This document shows positions 19,167 through 31,000 of a stretch of 50,928 nucleotides of DNA, piece by piece. The DNA comes from Clostridiales bacterium. Its GTDB lineage: Bacteria; Bacillota; Clostridia; Christensenellales; UBA1242. Position 1 is the stretch's first letter; every line of letters starts with the position of its first letter. Where the stretch lies: the NCBI GenBank assembly GCA_050872745.1, contig JBNMHL010000003.1, positions 1 to 50,928 of the forward strand, in the 5' to 3' direction. The position numbers and the translations under genes were made by a program. The notes beneath the pieces were generated by a model. The model was given only the letters and a program-made list of their open reading frames with translations, had not been told where the DNA came from and did no database searches.

Positions 19167-19196
19167 TCATATTCTACCAATTTTCGACATATTTAT
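19167..19196 (+). promoter_or_regulatory. sigE promoter of spoIIID
   Basis: TCATATT-14-CATATTTAT, near-consensus sigE. Confidence 0.7.
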
Positions 19197-19223
19197 TTAA
19201 AAAAGTCGTTATTGGAGGCGAGT

Positions 19224-19478
19224 ATGAGAGTTGATTTCTCCCGACCGGAAGTTTTAGCAAGTTATATTGTTGAGAATAAATCCACAATAAGAGCAACTGC
19301 TAAAGTTTTTGGATATAGTAAAAGTTTGGTTCATAATGATGTTTCAAACAAATTAAAAAAAATTAATTTGGGACTATATGAAGAAGTTAAAGAAATATTA
19401 AATAAAAATTTTGAAGAAAAGCATCTACGTGGCGGAGAAGCAACAAAAAATAAGTATTTAAAAAAATTCACTATATGA
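19224..19478 (+). CDS. spoIIID: Stage III sporulation protein D
   Basis: YIVENKSTIRATAKVFGYSKSLVHND, HLRGGEATKNKY; ATG 19224 behind GGAGG. Confidence 0.93.
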   Translation: MRVDFSRPEVLASYIVENKSTIRATAKVFGYSKSLVHNDVSNKLKKINLGLYEEVKEILNKNFEEKHLRGGEATKNKYLKKFTI

Positions 19479-19523
19479 AATGTTACCCTATAAAGGTTCA
19501 CTTCAAATAGTGAATTTTTTAAA
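19458..19523 (+). terminator. Long-stem terminator with an inner TGAAATG...CACTTCA cassette
   Basis: AAAAAATTCACTAT...ATAGTGAATTTTTT. Confidence 0.7.
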
Positions 19524-19696
19524 ATCATATTATTTAAATTGTTCATTCTTTTTTAAATTAATATGTTTTAATATAATAATGCTAATTGCATTTTTGCATT
19601 TTCCGCTCGTTATCAAAAAATATTGGAATTAGTAATACTCATTGTGTTCAATAGTTATGTCAGTTTAAGAAGTTAATTTGCCTACTTTTATTTAAT

Positions 19697-20461
19697 TTAA
19701 TCTATTTTGTTATTATTTAATTTATCAATTTCAGCCATTTGTTCTCTAAATTTATTAAATAAGTTATAACTTTCATCATGAATAATAGCTCTGAATATTC
19801 TATCCTTAGCGATAGGCACTTCTTCGTTTATGCGGTCTAGAAGTTTTTTCACATACTCACGTTTTGTATGTTTATCAACAGGGCATAAACTTTTAATAAC
19901 TGGAAGGTTCACCATTTCTTTTATTATAATATCTTCTTCGGTTAGTATTAATGGGCGAATAACAGTCATTCCGTTTCTATCTAAATAGCTCTTGGGTGAA
20001 ATTGTGCTTAACCTTCCCTCATATAACAAACTTAGGAGAAAGGTGTGGGTGATATCATCAGAAGTGTGCCCCAAGGCTAATTTATTGCAATTAAGTTCTT
20101 TAGCTTTAGAAACAAGCATTCCACGGCGAAGTTTACTGCAAAGCGAGCAAGGATTTTTTTCTTTTCTAATTTCAAACACTGTTTCATAGATATTTGATGG
20201 CATAATATGATATTCAACACCAATTTCTTCGAAAAAAGGTTTTAACACATCAAAGGTGCCTTTGTTGAACATATCAATTGTTATTGCAACGACTTCAAAT
20301 TTAATGGGCGCAAAATTTGAATATAGTTTCAGTGCTTTCACTAGCGCCAAACTATCTTTTCCGCCAGAAACCCCAACTGCTATCCTATCGCCATCGTTAA
20401 TTAAGTTATATTCATCGCAAGCACGCCTAACCGTGCTCAATATTTTTTGCATGTAATTCAT
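19697..20461 (-). CDS. ttcA: tRNA 2-thiocytidine biosynthesis protein TtcA
   Basis: PP-loop SGGKDS, PCSLCSKLRRG, ALGHTSDD, VIRPL. Confidence 0.9.
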   Translation of the reverse strand: MNYMQKILSTVRRACDEYNLINDGDRIAVGVSGGKDSLALVKALKLYSNFAPIKFEVVAITIDMFNKGTFDVLKPFFEEIGVEYHIMPSNIYETVFEIRKEKNPCSLCSKLRRGMLVSKAKELNCNKLALGHTSDDITHTFLLSLLYEGRLSTISPKSYLDRNGMTVIRPLILTEEDIIIKEMVNLPVIKSLCPVDKHTKREYVKKLLDRINEEVPIAKDRIFRAIIHDESYNLFNKFREQMAEIDKLNNNKID

Positions 20462-20766
20462 AGTTTGAATTTTATCATATTAAACTAACTTTTTCAAGTT
20501 TATTTTTAAAACAATATTTATAAATTCAATTTTTATTAATTGCTAAATGTTAAATGGCTGAAAAAAGTTTAGTGATATTGTTGTTTTTGAAGTGAATAAT
20601 AATTAAATGAATATTTATTTTGTTTGTTGGGAAAACATAATATGAAAACAAATTTGGCATTTTGAGGCTAAAACTATTGCTAAAGAATACCAAATGAAAA
20701 GATTATTTTCAAAAAAAAATTGACTTTAACTGGTTACTATGTTAAAACATTGATAGGAAAGTTATT

Positions 20767-21936
20767 ATGGATAAATATTTTAATGAGGATTTACTTAACG
20801 AACTTAATAACTGTAGAATCCATGAGCTTAGAGATATTGCTAGAAATTATGGAGTAAAATCTCCAACTAGCTTAACTAAAAGTCAAATAATAGCTGAATT
20901 AACAGAAATTTCACAAGGAAAGAAAGAACCATATGTGAATGGATCAAAGGTGGGTAGGCCACCACTTCGTTTAGAAGATAGATCAATGCAATATAAGATT
21001 GATCCAAATGCTTATGATGATCCAATTGTTATAAAAGATTTATTGGTTGATAAAAACCAAAATTCTTCGCTTTATATCTTTTCATCTCCTAATGCTTACG
21101 AAAACGCAAACGCTCAAAAAGAAATTTTGGAGGGCTATTTTTCTTTAGACTTTGAAGCATATGGTGTTGTGTATAGAAATGTTTTAAGCACAAATTGTGA
21201 TATCAAGATTCCATTATATTTAGTTCACACTTATGGGCTAAGATCGGGTGATTATGTGAAGTGCGTTGGAAAGGCTTTTGGTGATAGAGGTATATTTATT
21301 TCAGAAGTGCTAGAAGTTAATGGTGCTAAACCTCCAATTCCAGATAGACCAAGATTCGAAGAAATGGAACATAATAAATTATCTGAAACCTTAATGTGTG
21401 CGCCAATTTTTGATTTGCCCTTTGAAATTAAAGAAGGTGGAAGTTATTTTGTGCAATACGATAATAGGAAGTTTCTTCCTGAGAAATCGTATGAATTTGC
21501 AAAATCTATTGCAAAAACAAAAAAGGTTGTGTTTATAAATATAAACTCAGATAAAAACAATGAGTTTTTATGTGATGATAACTTAATTGTTTATAATTTG
21601 CCAATAGATATAGAACAAAAATATATTGCTCACGCAACAAACACAATTTTAGCCAATTGCAAACGAAGAGTTGAATTGGGCGAAAATTTAGTTGTTGTTA
21701 TGGCGAATGTTGGTGAGTTAATAAAAATTATTGATATGGCTAAAAAAGAGTTTATCGATGATAAAATCGGGGTGCAAACGTTGTTGTGGTTTAACAAAGT
21801 GATTAATTCTGCTAAAAATTCTATTAATGGAAAGTTAACATTAATTGCGGTGGAATCGTTATTTTTACCACAATATATTAAAGATATAGTAGTGTTTGAT
21901 GTTGTTCCAAAATTCACTGATTATATTTTAAAATAG
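20767..21936 (+). CDS. Degenerate Rho-like protein (Rho N-terminal and RNA-binding domains kept, ATPase motifs lost)
   Basis: HELRDIARNYGVKSPTSLTKSQII, GLRSGDYV, RPRFEEM, KRRVELGENLVV and GKLTLIA align colinearly with Rho; no PPKAGKT, DERPEE or DSITRLAR. Confidence 0.75.
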   Translation: MDKYFNEDLLNELNNCRIHELRDIARNYGVKSPTSLTKSQIIAELTEISQGKKEPYVNGSKVGRPPLRLEDRSMQYKIDPNAYDDPIVIKDLLVDKNQNSSLYIFSSPNAYENANAQKEILEGYFSLDFEAYGVVYRNVLSTNCDIKIPLYLVHTYGLRSGDYVKCVGKAFGDRGIFISEVLEVNGAKPPIPDRPRFEEMEHNKLSETLMCAPIFDLPFEIKEGGSYFVQYDNRKFLPEKSYEFAKSIAKTKKVVFININSDKNNEFLCDDNLIVYNLPIDIEQKYIAHATNTILANCKRRVELGENLVVVMANVGELIKIIDMAKKEFIDDKIGVQTLLWFNKVINSAKNSINGKLTLIAVESLFLPQYIKDIVVFDVVPKFTDYILK

Positions 21937-21975
21937 ATTGATATATAATTTATTATAATAAGAAGATAGGGCTAT

Positions 21976-22009
21976 AAAAAAAGTTTCTCTTAAATAAGAG
22001 AAACTTTTT
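21976..22009. terminator. Bidirectional terminator
   Basis: AAAAAGTTTCTCTTA/TAAGAGAAACTTTTT. Confidence 0.8.
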
Positions 22010-22063
22010 CTTTTAATTAGTATTGAAAGTTTTGTAATCAAATATTAGCTATTAAAATGATTA

Positions 22064-25000
22064 TTATTTGAATCTAATCTTTCTTCTAATAATTATAAAT
22101 ACAACTGTTAATCCCACAGCGACAACAACAGCAACAACGATAAGTATCTTTGCGGTTGTGTTTAGAGGAGTTTTCTTTATAACTTTATATGAAGATAGCA
22201 CATTTCCTTCAGGATCAGTTATAGAAATCCAATAAGTGCCGGTTGCTGTGATTGTGTAGGTGGCTAATCCATTGATTGAATTAGAGTCGATATTTGCAAT
22301 TGTGTTTCCATTAACAACTAGGAATGCTTCGCCAACTTGCTCGTAAATTTTGCCAGGGTTATATGATATAACGATAGGTTTTTTAGTTGAAGTTCCGAAA
22401 TCTATGTTTGCTGTTAATGTTGGAGTTTCATCGTTTATTCTAACATCAAAAGTGAATTCATAGAACTGTTTGCTTCCTAGATGATACCATCTTAATGTTA
22501 CTGAATAAAGCCCATTTCCTGTTTCATTTTCATTTTTAACATCATCGCTTATTGTTGATAGCCATAGAGATGTTTTGCCTCTTAATGCCACAATTTCCGT
22601 GTATCTTGTGTCATCGCTAACTAATGGGTATTTTCTAACTCTAACAACTTCAAAGTTTTTAGTTGTTGAGATGTTGAAAGATGGAATTGCATAGTTTGCA
22701 TTAACGATAGTAAACTGAATTTCTGTTGTGATAGGCTCACTTCCAACAACAACTTTAACAACTACTTTATATGAACCAGCGGTTGTGAAGGTATATGTGT
22801 TTGGAGCAGATTGAGCCATATCGGTTAATTGTGTTCCATTTCTATATATTTCGATTGAATCGGTGTTTAATGTGTATAGTTTTTCACCGTTAAGTGTGTC
22901 GTAAAGTTTAAGAACAACGCTTTTGTTAGTGATATAGTTTTTAATTGGAACTTTAGGTTCGTTCGCATCATTTTCGTTAATTGTATAAACAACTTGATTA
23001 ATTAAATATATATCAATGTAATCTTTTCCAGAGAATGTTAAAGTGTTTCCAGCAAGGTCTTTAACATAAACCCTATAAACGCCAGTATCTGATAATTTTA
23101 GTGTTGCTGGAGTTGTTATTGAACTTGGGCTCACACTTTCGATGCTTTCTCCATTATAGAAATATTCAAAGTAAATTGAATTGCCTGAATATTCAGCATC
23201 AGTTGTGTTGTTTGAGTTATAGCTGTTTTTTAGTGAAAGGGTTATTTCATTTTTTGAACTATTTATTTTATTTGTATTAATATCAGTTCCATCAATTTTA
23301 AATGAAGTGAAACTTGAACTTGTGCTAACAAAATGAATTTTAAAGTAGTTAACAATCTTTGTTGATTCGGTGTTTCCAACGACCACTTTATATGTAACAC
23401 TTCTAGCATTAAATTTGCCATCTGTAATTGTTCCAGTGTCTGATGTGGCACTATCAATAACAGTTGTTATATTGTTGTTTGTGTTTGAGATAACTTTTAT
23501 ATAACCAGAATTATTGCTTTCATCTGGAGAATAACTGACTTTTCCATCAACAGTTGTTTTAGTATAGTTACCAAAGTTGCTTAAAGCGTAGTAATGGTAA
23601 ACAAGGTAAGTTGCAGAATCAACTTTTTGAGTTGTTGTGTAAATTGTTGAAGGTGATAATTTAGTTGTGATTCCAGATGTTTTATTAACTGCGAACACTG
23701 AATATAACGAAATATTTTCTGCTTCGCGTGTGAAAGTGAAAGTGTTGTTTAAATAACCTAAATCGTTGGTTACACATACTTCATAAATTCCTGGGGTTGA
23801 GGTTGTGTATGATATAACTGAAAGCGTGTCGATTGTGTTACTATCTTTGGCTTTGAATTTTATAACTAAGATAGGATTGAAATAATTAGCGTTGTAGTCT
23901 TCAGTTATATCGCCATCGATTGATAGATTAATGTCTTCGATGAAAGATTGGTTATTCACAACTTGCAACCTGCGGTTGCTCAAGTTTGTTACCTTTAAAT
24001 CAGGTATTTTAGTGAATAATGTGAAAATTTCATAATCAGTGTTGTTTTCGATTAATATTTCATCAGTTATGATTCCAGAAACTCTTGGTGTTGAAGTGTC
24101 TTTAAGTAGTTGGAATTGAACTATGATGTTAGTTACTCTATTATCTATTGGAGTAATAGTATATTTTGCACCAGTTTCTCCAACAGGCAAATAAGAAATT
24201 GTAAATAATTCTAAATCCGATTTGTTTTTTATGGTGATTGGTTCCAATGGATTAAGTTCATCTAAATTATTAATCCATTCATAAGTTATTTGATTGCTTT
24301 CTTGAGAAGCCTCATATGAGATATAAAGCTTGTAGAATGACTTATCAACTGTTACTTCAACTGGCTTAGCAGTATGTTTTATTAGGTCTTTATAAACAGT
24401 AGCACCAGTGAAATTAACATTTTGAATCACTTTTCCAACATTAAATGCATAATTTTGAACATTTTTTCTATCGAAATTATCGATAGTTGTTATAACATAA
24501 GAACCACTTCCAAGATAATAAGTTGCACCACCCAAACTTTTACCTTTGTTATTTGGGATAACAGGGTTTTTAAGCATATCACCTAAAGACATTATTTCAT
24601 CACTTAGTTTTCCATCTTTATAAACCATAATTTCAAAGTTTTTGATATATGTTGCGATAGTAGTTTTGTCTTCTGGAATAGTGACTTTTAATCTATCGGA
24701 TAATTCTTCAAATATAACATTTAATAATTTGCCAGGATATTTATATTCAATATCAATAAGTCCACCGATTCTATCAACTAATGTTATCTTGAAGATGAAA
24801 TCGTTGGCTGTTGAGCCATATTTTTGAATAATCTTATCAAGGATTCCGTTGTGTGAGATATCTTTTGTTAAATTAGTTGAAATTAGATTATAAAAATCCT
24901 CAGAAGCATCTTCAGTGTTAAGTTCTAAAGAAGTATATTCTATTAAATCGCAACCATTTAAATCAATTTTAATTAATCCAGATGTTGGAGTGTGAGTTAA

Positions 25001-28000
25001 TATGATTGGGTTAGGTATGTTTGAATAAATTTTCTCAGAACCATCTCCTTCGTTATTTGTGAAGGTGTAGGTTATATAAGCTTTTAAGTATTTATCATTT
25101 CCATTTGATGTGATTTCCAAATCTTTACCATTAACTGCAATTGAGTTCTTAAACTCATCACCAATTAAGCCTGCTTTAGCAGTTTCATTTGTAAGTGTGG
25201 CACTTGAGTAATCTAGTGTGTAGGTGTTTTCACTTGTTAAATAAATTGCGTAGACCATATAGTTTCCAGCAGCATCTCTTTCAATAATTTCATAGTATGA
25301 GTTTGATTCAAATAAATCTTTTTTATATTCTAAATCACTGAAATTGAATTTATAATAACTATTAGGTGAAATGATATCTGGCGTTTCTGTTGCTTTAGAC
25401 TCTGTGAAGAATGGGTTGTTTAACCCGTTATTAGATGTGTAATCATCACTTGTTAGCGAGTAGTAATAATTAGATGGGGCTTCAATTTTTTTAAAGAAGA
25501 AATATGAGTAACTATCTAAATTATTGGCTAGGCCAGACGGTTCTAGTTCACCATTATTGTTGTAAAGATATGTGAAAATGTTTTTGATTTTAGTTATATC
25601 ATTTAGTGCAAAAAAATATGGTTCTTTGGCAAGAGTTGTGGTTGAATCCGCTTTAGTGTTTAGGAATTCGCCGTATATATTCGAAGTGAATGAGTCGTAG
25701 ATTTGTTTGAATCTATATTGAATTTGAATTTCGCTCATTCCAGATTTTAGTAAAGAGTAGTAGTAGTTTTCTATATCAAAATTATAGCCCGATGGTAGGT
25801 TAGTTAGGTTTGAATGAGAATATGTTTTATCGTTTTCCATCAATTTAATTAAGTTATATAAAGGTTTAACTTTATCAACTATTAATATATTAGTTGAACT
25901 ATAAGATGAATTCTCATTATTTGAATCTAAGTATAGAGAACTATCACCTCTATAATTAATTGTTATTCTATACTCAGCGTTATCCTTAGGATCGGCTAAA
26001 ATATTTTTGAATTCTTTTGTAGCTGTGTTGTTATCAAACACAACTATAATCCACTCGTTTGGATTTTCTTCTTTGTTTTGAATGAAAGCATTACTATTAT
26101 ATCTAGAAGGAATTTCAAAACTACCATCAGATGTTCTATTAACTTCAAATATAATAGATGATCTATAGTTAACCTCATCAATTTTTGTTACAACAACCTT
26201 ATATGGCTCAATTTCAGCATCAAACTTACTTGTTGTTTGTTTGTAGTAGAAGAATAATGAGTTATTATTTGAGTAACCATATAATTTATCTGCTGTGTCG
26301 TCAGGAGTTGCAGTTGAAATATCTAATAGTTTTGAAAATTCTTCAAATAAATTTGTTTTATAGTTATCAGAACTCGAATCTTCATTTGATTTATAGTTAG
26401 ATGTTGAGTTCTTTCCCCAATAAGAACCTTCTGGGTGCTTTGTTTTAACTTCATAATAAACTTGATAACTATTTGCTTGAGCATTATTTTTGTTGTTATC
26501 GGCATCAGAAATTCCTGCATTATCTGTGATAACTAAGTTATATTTCATTGGATTTCTTAAGATAATCGAAATTGGATTGTTAATAGGATTTGTGTAGTCA
26601 GTTGTGCTTTGATACAAACTTTTAAATCCGCTGTTATCAGAAGATGTTGAAGCCGTGCCGTTTAATTCATTAAAACTAACAAGCCCAAGATTCTTATTGC
26701 TAGAATTATTATTTGGATTTATTATGTTATTCATTTGATTTCTTGTTCCAACGAAACTATAACTTGGATTTGAAGCGTTAGTTTTTTCTGATAAAGAGAA
26801 GTTTAGGTTGAACTTATCGGTGCTTGTGTTAAACACATAAGATTTAGCAACATTTTTAAATATAGAAATTTCATTTTGAATTTCAGTTTGTTTTGTTGCA
26901 TCAGTTTCAGCTTTAAGTTTTGCATTCAGTTTAGATAAATAATTTGACGTTGAAGAATTGTTAACTATTTGTTTGTTATATTCATTGCAAACATTATATT
27001 TATCGTGAACATAGTTTAACTTAAATAGCATTTTATTTGTTTCAATTAAATTGCTATCACTATTCATTGTTAGTTGAGAGAAAGTAGGGTTTGTTGAACT
27101 AGAACTTGAATCAACCAAATTTGAACGAATAGATTCAATAGAACTATAATCAAAGGTTTCTTTATAGTTATTTTCATTTACCCCATAACCTAAAATCATA
27201 GCAATTTCATTACCTATGGCTGAAGATAGATCAATTATTCTGTTTCTATCAATATAATAAACATAATATCTAATAGCGTAGTCATTTCCTAAAGAAATTC
27301 CTGTTACTTCCTCTGATTTAACGATTCCAGTTGATGAATCCACGCAATCGGTGTAGATTCTTCTAAACACATATAATCCTTGTTTAGAATTGATATAATT
27401 ATTTTTCATTTGATAGTTAAGAATGTTTGAGTATCTTCTAACGCTATTTGTTGTGTTTATTTGAGTGTAGTCGTTAATTGAATTATTAGTTGCTTTTGAA
27501 GAGTAAATTAAATTCCATTTATTGTTTTGAGATTTTAAATTGTTAATTAAAATATTTTTGTCTGCATTTAAATCTATGTTTGTGATATAATTTCCGCTTG
27601 GAGCGATAGAGAATGGATAATTGCTCACTGGCTCTTGGCGAATTAATGATGTGTTGTCTGCATTAACGATGTGTTTGTTATTGTTTTCTTCGGTGTATTT
27701 ATAAACTTTGTTGTTGGTTGAATCCTCAAACTCAAACACATAACTTTCGTTTGATTCATCTAAGGATTTGTAATCTGTTAAGTTGTATGTGTTGAAAAAG
27801 TCAAGATCAAAATCGTAGAATTTGTAGTCTAAAGTGTATGCTGGAATAGTTTCGTTTGTTTCAAAAGATAAATATAATTGACCAGCAGAGTAGGTTGACT
27901 CAGGAGTTAAAGCTTTTAATAAACTATTATCACGATTAGATTGGTTAACGAAACTTCCAGATGTGTTTTTAGTTAGTATTATAGATTTTTCTTCGAATGT

Positions 28001-31000
28001 TCCTTCCACATATGCTAAAGTTTTATCAAAGTTCATCCAAAGAGAATCGCCAGCTGTGTTTCTCAATATATCGGTTATATTGAAAATATATTTGTTTTCA
28101 CCAATGAAACCATAGTTATTGTTTACTGGATTTGCTAACACTTCAGACTTAATTTTAGATATTAATGCTTTATATTTATCAGAATTTGAAGATAAAGTTG
28201 GATAATACTTTTCAACATAGTTTTCAGCAAGAGCTGTTGCGGAAACATCTAAAAGCACACTTCTTATTCCACTTGAAATTGGGTTATAAATTTTATACTG
28301 AGTGTTTGTGGTGTTAGATGTGCTCTCCACGCGGAACGACACATCACCTAGAGGAACTAGCAAGTAATATGAAATAATTGGTTTTGTATAACTATCTTTG
28401 GTTGTTGTTGTGATTTCCCAACCATTAGAGTCTTTGAAATCAGTTGTGTATTTTAAACTACCATCTTCATTCAATTCAACTTCTTTAATTGCACTTGATG
28501 TGCCTTTTTTAACTTCCCAGAATCTTTTTAAGTTTGTTCCCCAGAATTTATTTGGATTTAAATAAATATCTTTTAATAATTTATCATTTAAAGTTGCTTT
28601 GTGGTTGATGCCGTTGTTGAAAACATATTCTTCATCAATTGACTCAGCCTCAAGTTTTATTGCTTTATAATTTCCCCAATAAACTTCAGTTGAATCATCA
28701 ATTATTTTAATTGAGCCAGTGTTGTAGTAAGGTTTGTCGGGATTGGTGAATGTTAGGTTATATTCTGGTGTTGTTGCATCGAATATAACAACGAAATATT
28801 CACTATTGCCGGCCGAGTCGGTGATTGTGAATTCGTATATTGTGCTAGATGATGGGTTAAATGCGTTGTTTGCGTAAACTTTGCCTTCTAAATCGAACTC
28901 AGGGTTATATAAATAATCATATTCAATGCTTGCTGTTGAAGAATCAGCATTTATGAAGTTACTTATTGAAATTCCTTCGAAATCAAGTCCTTCAATTATT
29001 TTAGAACCAAGCGTGCTATTAAAATCAAATGTGATTTTTCTATATTTGGTTGTGATTGGTGAACCACTTTCTTTTGCACTATATGTTAGAGTGAACATTT
29101 CATTAATTAAATTTGAAGTGTTTTGATTTGCAAAAGTTGTGTTTTTAGAAATTGAATAACTGCCATCTTCATTTTTAATAACTTTGTTTAGTTTGGTGTT
29201 TGATATTGGAAGGGTATCGATAGTGAAGTTATAAACAACATATGAACTATTGCTACTTCCATATGAGATTTTAATAGAATAGTTTCCAGAACCCCAATAT
29301 GAACCAGAATTATCTGAGCCTTTGGCGAATACTGTCATTTGATATGACTCTTTAATGATTTTGCAATGGTCTATTTTTTTAGCTAAATCCTTCTTTTCGC
29401 TATTTGATAGTAAATTTATATCTGAAATATAGAATTGAGATTTTCCGTTGAGTTCTATTTGATTATTTGAAGAGTCAAATAATTCAAATAAAGGTGTTTT
29501 AACTAAATTGTTTGAATAAACTGTTTGATATAGTGAGTCGTTTTTTGAATCTTTCAACTCGAAAGTTTGGGTATTTCCTTCATCATCAATATAAGAGAAT
29601 GTTAGTTTCTCATTTTTTTCTATTGATGCTGGATATGAAACAAATCCATTTGTTGCACTACTTCCATATTTACTTGTTATTCCATTAAAGTTTGCTTTTT
29701 GCAATTGGATATTTTTATCATATTGGAAGTATGTTGGGTAGTCGTAGGTTAATCTAACATTTTGATTAGTGAATGAATTCGTGTTTAGAGAAATGTAACT
29801 TCCAGTTAATTCACTTGAACTTTTTGCTTTGAATGTCTCTTTTTCAATTTTAACATTTGGTGATGAGTTATCTATAACAAATGCGAAAACTTGATAGAAT
29901 TTATTGTTTGATTCTTTCTCATTTTTATAGAATTTACCTTTTTCACTTGAGAAGTGAGTTAATGGTTTATCTTCGGCATAGTTGATATTGTTATATTCAG
30001 CAACAATAATATATAAACCATCAGCAGAAGGATAAGAGTTTTTAGAGAAATAAAATTCTGATGCTTTTGAAAGATTTACATTGCCATCGGTAAGTAGTTC
30101 AGGTTTTAAAGTAACTTTATTATCAGAGCCAAGACTTACGCTATTTAAATCAAACTTATATAACATAGACTTCGAAACAATGCCATTATATGCATAATTG
30201 CAATTGGTTTTGAAAGTGATAGGTGGCATATTTGTTACTGGTAGCGAATTTTTAGATGTGCCATTATTAAACAAGCCATTAACCACATTATTGTGATTCG
30301 AAAGAGGATTATTAGAATTGCTTGCAATAATGATCGAGCTATCTAAAGCGAATGTTTGGTTTGAATAAATTTTATCAACATCATATTTTAATTCTGTTTC
30401 GCCATTTTTATTGAAGTATGACCTAATTCCAAATATTTCAAGGTTATAACCATTTTGGTTAACATTCTCTATTTCTCTATTTAAGAATGTGCTATTAAAG
30501 TTTTGAGTTGGAGCGTTTTCCAAAATAACATATTCATCGTTAATACTTTGTGTGCTGATTAAATATTTGTTTTCAAAATGATAAACGCCCAATTCTTTAA
30601 ATTCAAGTGCATATTTATAACCGCAAATCAATTTGCTATTTTTATAATCATCAACTTTAGGGAAGTTGTTGATTATTTTTGACTCATCTGATGTGTTGGT
30701 CTTTGATTCACCATTTGATAAATAGGTGGCTGATTCAGACTTTAAAGTTTCGCTAATATATTTTTTAGTGTCTTCATAAAAAGTAATTTTTAATTCCGCG
30801 GTTGTTGATGAAATTGATGTGTAAGTATCTTCAGTTAGGGTAGATGAGTAATCCTCATTAGAGTTATTAATTAGTAAATATACCGTGCTTCTTGTTGTTT
30901 TTGTTACAACAGTTTCTTGAGTGTTAAATGATTTTTCAATTTTAATATATTTGCCAGAAGTGAAGTCACCTATGCTTTCAATATCATTTTCATATTTACT

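Noticed and set aside
16575-19546. Short antisense ORFs (16575, 17069, 18667, 19331)
   Set aside because: Shadows of divIC/yabQ, yabP, acpP and spoIIID
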